A DNA stretch of 64,000 nucleotides. Origin: a virus (Duplodnaviria > Caudoviricetes). Where the stretch lies: IMG/VR virus record IMGVR_UViG_3300024520_000069, positions 930 through 64,929 of that record, one strand, 5' to 3'. The notes under the pieces were generated by a model. The model had not been told where the DNA came from. It did no database searches and saw nothing but the letters and a program-made list of their open reading frames with translations. How positions within the stretch are numbered: position 1 is the first letter of the stretch; each line of letters starts with the position of its first letter. Positions 58,412 to 64,000 of this stretch are shown here, piece after piece. The position numbers and the translations under genes were made by a program.

Positions 58412-60625
58412 ATGAAATTACATAACGTTGATACCGCAGTGGAGATGGGTGGACAGGTCATGGATACCCAAGCCTACACTATTAAGAACTCATCGAAGAT
58501 GTTTAACATCCTCAGTGATAAGATTTACAAGGACAAACCGCTCGCTTGTGTACGTGAGTTGTCCTGCAATGCGAAGGATGCTAGTGGAGGTAAGCCCTTT
58601 GATGTACACCTCCCTAATGAGCTTGAGCCTTGGCTTGAGGTAAAGGACTATGGCACTGGCCTGTCCCCTAATGATATGATTGAACTGTACAGTACCTATG
58701 GCGGCACATCTAAGGATGAGAGCAACCTGTTCATCGGCGCGTTAGGTTTGGGTAGTAAGGTAGGGTTCTCCTATACTAAATCATTCACCACATCCAGTAG
58801 GTGGGACGGTACTGAGTATGTGTATGTTGCAGCCATGGATAGGGGTGTACCCCAGATCACCATGATTAAACAGACGCCAACTGATGAGCCTAATGGCTTG
58901 AGTGTACGTATCCCAGTTAAACGTACTGATGTTGGGGAGTTCCATAAGGCTGCTGTTAAGGTGTTGAGTAGGTTCAACCCTAAACCTAACGTGACAGGTT
59001 ATGCAGATTTCACCTTCGATACCTATGATTATGTCCTTGAGGGTGATGGATGGGGTGTGCGGAAGAACAAGGCCAGCTACTATAGTAGTGCTAAGCTCTG
59101 TGCTGTCATGGGTGAGGTAGCCTACCCTATTAATGTGGATAGTTTGAGGCTTGATGATGACGACAGCATACGCCAGTTCAAGTATGTGAGTGCTGACCTC
59201 ACCTTTAACTTAGGTGACCTTGACATATCCGCATCACGGGAGGAGTTGTCATATGATGATGAGACTATCCAAGCTATTAGGGATAAGCTCCATGACATCA
59301 AGCGTAAGGCATTGTCCCGTGTAATCCTACAGGTTAAGAAGGCATCCTCATTCTTTGAGGCACACAACGCCTTTAGGGAGGGTTATAGTGGTGTAGCTCA
59401 ACTGTTAGGTAACCGTACCCCTGATGATATCATGTGGAAGATGCGTCCTGTGAGGCGTGACTATATTTTTTCAAGCATTTCACAGGGATCGAACATGGTT
59501 AGTGATGGTAACTCTGGCATCTATGCTACATATAGGGCATACATGTACCATGTTGCATCCTATAGGAAATCAACCAAATCCCTATCCCTCGCCGCATGTG
59601 AAACAACTAACCTCCCTATTAAAGGGGACACATGGGTAGTGTACATTGACACATCCCTTGATGATAGACATACCCGTACCCCATCCCGCATCTTGGCATG
59701 GATGAAATCTAATGATAGTGTTGATAATGATGTTGCTGTGATCAGGGCACCTAATCAGAAGCTGAAGGATAAGCTCATTAAGGATGGCATCGTTAACCTC
59801 ATTGACATGCAGGACATACCTGACATTGCTAAAGCTGTAGGTGTGTTAGGTACTACACCAACTGCATCCATCCTATCCAATGCTTATAGGTTCCAAGCTA
59901 CTAGGTATAGTGGAAGGAGTAATAAAGACTATTGGTTTACTGATGAAACTCCCCTCAACCTTGATGAAGTATCAGGGTACTATGTAGACCTCCATAGATG
60001 GAAGCCTGTGTTACATAGTGGAGACACTGTGTTACATAGTGGAGACATCCACCTTAAAGGTGATGACTTTAATGACCTGTTTAAATGGCTCGTCAACATT
60101 AAAGTTTTACCTGAAGACTGTGCCATATATGGTACACCTGCCTCAAAGAAAAGTCCTTTTAAGGGACACGCTAACTGGACTGAGCTACTCCCCTATGCTG
60201 ATACAGAGGCATTGAAGTTCTATAAAAAGAATGGGGCTGTGTTTAAGAAGGTAGTTGAGAAGGAAGAGTATGATACCCTTAACAACAAGCTACATAGACT
60301 ACTCACCCACACTAAATCACACCAGCTTAAAGAGTATAAGACATGTCCTGCTGTGTCCAGTGATGAGCAGGATATACATGATGCTGGACATATCCGTCAT
60401 GCTGTGGTACAATCCTTACCACTAGCCTATAAAGAATACTTAGACATTAAGTGGACTATAGATGACCATGATAGGATTGAAAGGATTATAGAGGAAATAA
60501 AGGATAGGTATCCTATGTTGAAACCTTTATATGACTTATGTGAATACAGTTATAGTAGTAGTGTGATGGAAGATTATATGAACACTATTACTGACTATAT
60601 TGAAACCATTGAAAGGAATAAATGA
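58412..60625 (+). CDS. rIIA: rIIA-like protein (GHKL ATPase N-terminus)
   Basis: ILSDKIYKD..RELSCNAKD, DYGTGL, GALGLGSK; followed by rIIB. Confidence 0.9.
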   Translation: MKLHNVDTAVEMGGQVMDTQAYTIKNSSKMFNILSDKIYKDKPLACVRELSCNAKDASGGKPFDVHLPNELEPWLEVKDYGTGLSPNDMIELYSTYGGTSKDESNLFIGALGLGSKVGFSYTKSFTTSSRWDGTEYVYVAAMDRGVPQITMIKQTPTDEPNGLSVRIPVKRTDVGEFHKAAVKVLSRFNPKPNVTGYADFTFDTYDYVLEGDGWGVRKNKASYYSSAKLCAVMGEVAYPINVDSLRLDDDDSIRQFKYVSADLTFNLGDLDISASREELSYDDETIQAIRDKLHDIKRKALSRVILQVKKASSFFEAHNAFREGYSGVAQLLGNRTPDDIMWKMRPVRRDYIFSSISQGSNMVSDGNSGIYATYRAYMYHVASYRKSTKSLSLAACETTNLPIKGDTWVVYIDTSLDDRHTRTPSRILAWMKSNDSVDNDVAVIRAPNQKLKDKLIKDGIVNLIDMQDIPDIAKAVGVLGTTPTASILSNAYRFQATRYSGRSNKDYWFTDETPLNLDEVSGYYVDLHRWKPVLHSGDTVLHSGDIHLKGDDFNDLFKWLVNIKVLPEDCAIYGTPASKKSPFKGHANWTELLPYADTEALKFYKKNGAVFKKVVEKEEYDTLNNKLHRLLTHTKSHQLKEYKTCPAVSSDEQDIHDAGHIRHAVVQSLPLAYKEYLDIKWTIDDHDRIERIIEEIKDRYPMLKPLYDLCEYSYSSSVMEDYMNTITDYIETIERNK

Positions 60626-61461
60626 TTATGACATATCTTAACGAGTCTTCATACATCATCACCGACTCTACTGTAACCATCTACCACAACGATAGCTTCG
60701 TTACTGTAGATGATACCTACGTTAACTGGGATAAGATTGTTGAAGCAGTACGTTGTACTGACTTTGATACCGCCCTCATGCTGAGTGATAGCGTTAAAGA
60801 TATTGAGGTATTTGGTGATGGCATGATTGAGGTAACTGATGGCGTCATCTATTACATGGGTAAGGCTATCCATAATGCCTTGACCTCACGTATCCTGTCC
60901 ATGATTGAACAGGACTTCGATGTCCAACCCTTGGTTAACTTCCTCCATAACCTCATGGACAACCCATCCGGTAGGGCAGTGCAGGAACTGTATAGGTTCC
61001 TTGAATGTAACCGGTTACCCATCACCCCTGATGGATACTTCCTTGCCTATAAGAATGTAGGTCATGACTACATGGATCGTCACAGTGGTACGTTCGACAA
61101 CAGCGTGGGGTCTGTATGTTCCATGCCTCGTAATGAGGTGATGGATGACCCCAATCAGACATGCTCTGCTGGTCTCCACTTCTGTAGCATTGAGTACCTT
61201 AATGGTACGTGGGGTCACGGTGGTCACACCATGGTAGTTAAGGTCAACCCTGCTGACGTGGTGTCTATCCCTGTTGACTATAACAACAGCAAGGGCAGGA
61301 CATGTGCATATGAGGTGATCGCTGAACACTTTGATGAGCAGGTTGATACCCTGTCTGAGCATGTGGTGTGGCAGGAGCCTGAGAATGATTCCTTCTTCGA
61401 CTATGAAGAGGATGTATCATACCACAACAAACGTGATAGCATGGGACGCTTTACCGCATAG
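60622..61461 (+). CDS. rIIB: rIIB-like protein
   Basis: NPSGRAVQELYRFL, ITPDGYFLAYK, CSAGLH, VKVNPADVVSIP.DY. Confidence 0.93.
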   Translation: MIMTYLNESSYIITDSTVTIYHNDSFVTVDDTYVNWDKIVEAVRCTDFDTALMLSDSVKDIEVFGDGMIEVTDGVIYYMGKAIHNALTSRILSMIEQDFDVQPLVNFLHNLMDNPSGRAVQELYRFLECNRLPITPDGYFLAYKNVGHDYMDRHSGTFDNSVGSVCSMPRNEVMDDPNQTCSAGLHFCSIEYLNGTWGHGGHTMVVKVNPADVVSIPVDYNNSKGRTCAYEVIAEHFDEQVDTLSEHVVWQEPENDSFFDYEEDVSYHNKRDSMGRFTA

Positions 61462-61478
61462 ACTTACCGCTTAGGTAC

Positions 61479-61507
61479 TTTACATCCTAAGAAGAACATG
61501 CTACATT
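61479..61507 (+). promoter_or_regulatory. sigma70-like promoter
   Basis: TTTACA-17nt-TACATT. Confidence 0.55.
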
Positions 61508-61588
61508 ACACATAGACTAACCCCTATAGACAGGCTGTAGCTCCCTTGCTGCGTAAGACCTGTCCTTTTATATGGAGCTTCCCTTATC

Positions 61589-61969
61589 ATGGAAAGCGTG
61601 CAACAACAAATAGACCTTGAAGAATATCTTGCGGCTCAAAAGACTGGTGAGATGAGTGATAGGATAGATTTATCTATTGATGAGTACATCGCATCCCAAA
61701 CATATGATGCCCCACCCTATGAAGACACTGAAGTCCACTCACCTTCCCACTACAATGCCTTTGACATTGAATGTATTGATGCTATCCAAGCCAGCATGTC
61801 CCCTATTGAGTTCCAAGGGTACTGTAAAGGTAATGCTATGAAGTACCTGTGGCGTTACACATATAAGGGTAAGCCAATGCAGGACTTGGATAAGGGACAA
61901 TGGTACTGGAAGAGACTGATGGAGTCCTTTAAGGGGACCACTGAGGACAAGGGAGATTATGACGCATGA
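61589..61969 (+). CDS. DUF3310 (SaV-like) protein
   Basis: HSPSHY..IECIDAI..GNAMKYLWRY..KG..QDLDK. Confidence 0.88.
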   Translation: MESVQQQIDLEEYLAAQKTGEMSDRIDLSIDEYIASQTYDAPPYEDTEVHSPSHYNAFDIECIDAIQASMSPIEFQGYCKGNAMKYLWRYTYKGKPMQDLDKGQWYWKRLMESFKGTTEDKGDYDA

Positions 61970-62859
61970 TTACCCAAGATGATATCGAAGCCTTCACCCC
62001 TGACCTTGAAGAGTTTAACAAGTGGAGGAGTAAGGCTATGATGAGGGAGCAACGTATCCTCCACATCATTGAGCTTATCTATGAGAGGAAGAACACATAC
62101 CCTGACCGGAGTGAAATCTGGCAGGTACTTGATAACCTACAGAAAGAGGTAACGCAATCATGAATGATACACCAACACAAGGACAGCAATGGTTCTATGA
62201 TCCTGTCCCACCAAGGGCAAGTGTCCTGTTACAGTTCATGTTCCTCAAGCTCAACCCTAACAAGGAAGGACATGGTAAACCCATTGAAGATAAGCAGCTT
62301 GAAGAAGCTATCACTATCCTGATGGATGGGATGCGTGAGGAAGATGTGCCGGAACCTGAAGACATGGGTGACAATGTGATCCCCTTTAAAGGGAAGGATG
62401 ATTAAGGCTATGAAGATTAAACTTGATGAAGTATGGACACTGCGGTCACCACAACGGTTCGGTATGAACACTTGGGTATCCCCCTATAATGATAGGATCA
62501 TTGAGGATATCCAGACTGGTACATGTAAGCTGATTATGCGGGGTAAGGAACCTGTGACTGCCAAGTCCTTTGATCATGCAGTGACTATCCATGATGCACG
62601 TAAGTTCAAGAAAGGAAATTGATACATGACCTATGCAGAGATGGAAATGATTCGTGAAGATATGGATGAACGGCCTTGGAGTATGGCAGAGCTATGTAAT
62701 ACCTATGCCCATGTCAAGGGTGTTAGGGAGTTCATCCTTAGTGAGTCCCTTGGTATTAATTCGCCAAGGGATGAGGCATCATACATTGACGGTAACATTA
62801 GCATGGTTAGGCAGCGTAAGCTGATGGATGCTGTGTTCAAACCTGTTAAGGAGAAGTAG
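61966..62859 (+). CDS. Four small hypothetical genes (61966-62163, 62160-62405, 62398-62622, 62626-62859)
   Basis: RBSs and overlapping stop/start codons. Confidence 0.6.
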
Positions 62860-62861
62860 CT

Positions 62862-63311
62862 ATGACAAGTATTGATGGACTGATCACAGAGCTAACACAT
62901 GCTCAGAAAATCGTAGCCACAAACGGCCCCGTATCCAAGACACTTGGGAAGGTCAAAGAAGCGCTTGGTAGATTTGACGCCATCGCCCACCTCAAGGCTG
63001 GGGGCAAGGTGACATACCCACGGATCAAGCCAAACTACATGATGCTTGATGACGAGACAGTTAGTGTCTTCAATAAGCATGGCGTGTGGCAATACACGGC
63101 ACATGCCCATACCATCCTGCGGGATGACCTTAAGCCTTACGAGGAACCTGTCCGTGAAAGGGGATGGTACTGGTGTAGCTTTTACGAGGGGCGTAGACCG
63201 CTGTGGTGGACCGGTAAAGCATGGTTCCTCTCTGATACATCTACTGGCCCCTACCTAGAAAAACCAGTCTCAAACGTCAACCCCAAGCGCATTGTGGAGG
63301 ACATGACATGA
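62862..63311 (+). CDS. Hypothetical protein, paralog of 333-791
   Basis: Shared core blocks, different N-terminus. Confidence 0.85.
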   Translation: MTSIDGLITELTHAQKIVATNGPVSKTLGKVKEALGRFDAIAHLKAGGKVTYPRIKPNYMMLDDETVSVFNKHGVWQYTAHAHTILRDDLKPYEEPVRERGWYWCSFYEGRRPLWWTGKAWFLSDTSTGPYLEKPVSNVNPKRIVEDMT

Positions 63312-63970
63312 CAACATGGATCACAGACGATAATGGCAACGAGGCCAGCGTCGAGTACTGGGGCAGCGTTGAGGCTGCAGAGGAGTCACTGAAGACGTTG
63401 GTCAACTGCCACGACTGCACCAACTGCACCAACTGCCGCAACTGCAGCAACTGCCACAACTGCCACGACTGCCACAACTACCACAACTGCAGCAACTGCC
63501 ACAACTGCCACGACTGCCACAACTGCCACAACTGCCACGACTGCTCTGACTGCCACTACTGCCATGGCTGCCGCAACTGCCGCAACTGCAACAAGTGCAA
63601 CAACTGCTATGACTGCCGCAACTGCAACAACTGCCTCAACTGCTATGCCTGCTATGACTGCCGCAACTGCAACAAGTGCAACAACTGCAACAACTGCTAT
63701 GACTGCCAATACTGCCACGACTGCGATTTGAGGATATATCACGTCGCCGTCCCAGTGGCCGATCCGCGCGGCTATACATGGCTGGCTATCTACGAAAACG
63801 ACGAGTGGCGTATTCGTGCGGGATGTCGCAATTTCTCGATCACTGAAGCACGGGAGCACTGGACCGCAGATGATTACGATGGCCCTGACAGTGTGAAGAA
63901 CACCATCGATAACGCACTGGACTGGGTGCTGGGGCAGGCACTTAAGAGCACAAAGGAGGACATGACATGA
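63308..63970 (+). CDS. Cys-x-x repeat protein with GCRNF C-terminal domain
   Basis: About 36 CxxCxx triplets from 9-nt DNA units, then RIRAGCRNFSITEAREHW. Confidence 0.9.
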   Translation: MTTWITDDNGNEASVEYWGSVEAAEESLKTLVNCHDCTNCTNCRNCSNCHNCHDCHNYHNCSNCHNCHDCHNCHNCHDCSDCHYCHGCRNCRNCNKCNNCYDCRNCNNCLNCYACYDCRNCNKCNNCNNCYDCQYCHDCDLRIYHVAVPVADPRGYTWLAIYENDEWRIRAGCRNFSITEAREHWTADDYDGPDSVKNTIDNALDWVLGQALKSTKEDMT

Positions 63971-63999
63971 CAACATGGATCACAGACGATAATGGCAAC
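63955..63999 (+). repeat. 45-bp direct repeat of 63296-63340; start of a second Cys-repeat gene (ATG 63967, truncated)
   Basis: GGAGGACATGACATGACAACATGGATCACAGACGATAATGGCAAC occurs twice. Confidence 0.92.
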
Positions 64000-64000
64000 C

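Noticed and set aside
63386-63976. Antisense Val/Ala-rich ORF (also the Thr/Ala-rich ORF at 11-271)
   Set aside because: Frame shadows of the Cys-x-x repeat
63308-64000. Diversity-generating retroelement (AAC-rich repeats, near-identical paralogs)
   Set aside because: No reverse transcriptase in the window; differences between copies are not limited to adenines, and both copies are coding
1-64000. Integrated prophage or phage-encoded RNA polymerase
   Set aside because: No integrase, repressor, host genes or RNA polymerase motifs recognised; promoters are sigma70-like

Overview
The window looks like a nearly complete ~64-kb podovirus-type dsDNA phage genome, apparently circularly permuted because a Cys-repeat gene family is split across the two window ends. 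The host is probably an alphaproteobacterium (inferred from a GTTC-N7-GTTC LexA-type box and protein families). Two arms diverge from a 1.2-kb non-coding region at 50782-51983. The + arm carries small early genes, a pentapeptide protein and rIIA/rIIB. It continues with a T7-like primase-helicase, DNA polymerase A, SSB, nucleases, a class II RNR with an HNH-type intein, a radical SAM/glycosyltransferase/methyltransferase-DUF115 operon and TerS. The - arm carries TerL, portal, GroES, scaffold, capsid, adaptors, tail/fibre, ejection proteins and lysis genes. No RNA polymerase, integrase, reverse transcriptase or CRISPR array was seen. Best candidates for novel biology: (1) a glycan-building operon with a Maf/DUF115-like domain, paired with virion proteins rich in [VTA]-S-[AVI] motifs (possible virion O-glycosylation); (2) one C-terminal domain fused to interchangeable repeat scaffolds (pentapeptide vs Cys-x-x), with the Cys-x-x copies in a gene array with conserved junctions; (3) a phased LexA-box array plus a DnaA box and triplicated palindromes at the start of the early arm; (4) a chimeric tRNA with its own promoter; (5) promoter-linked hairpins exposing anti-Shine-Dalgarno loops. 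All family assignments come from motif recognition by eye, not database searches.
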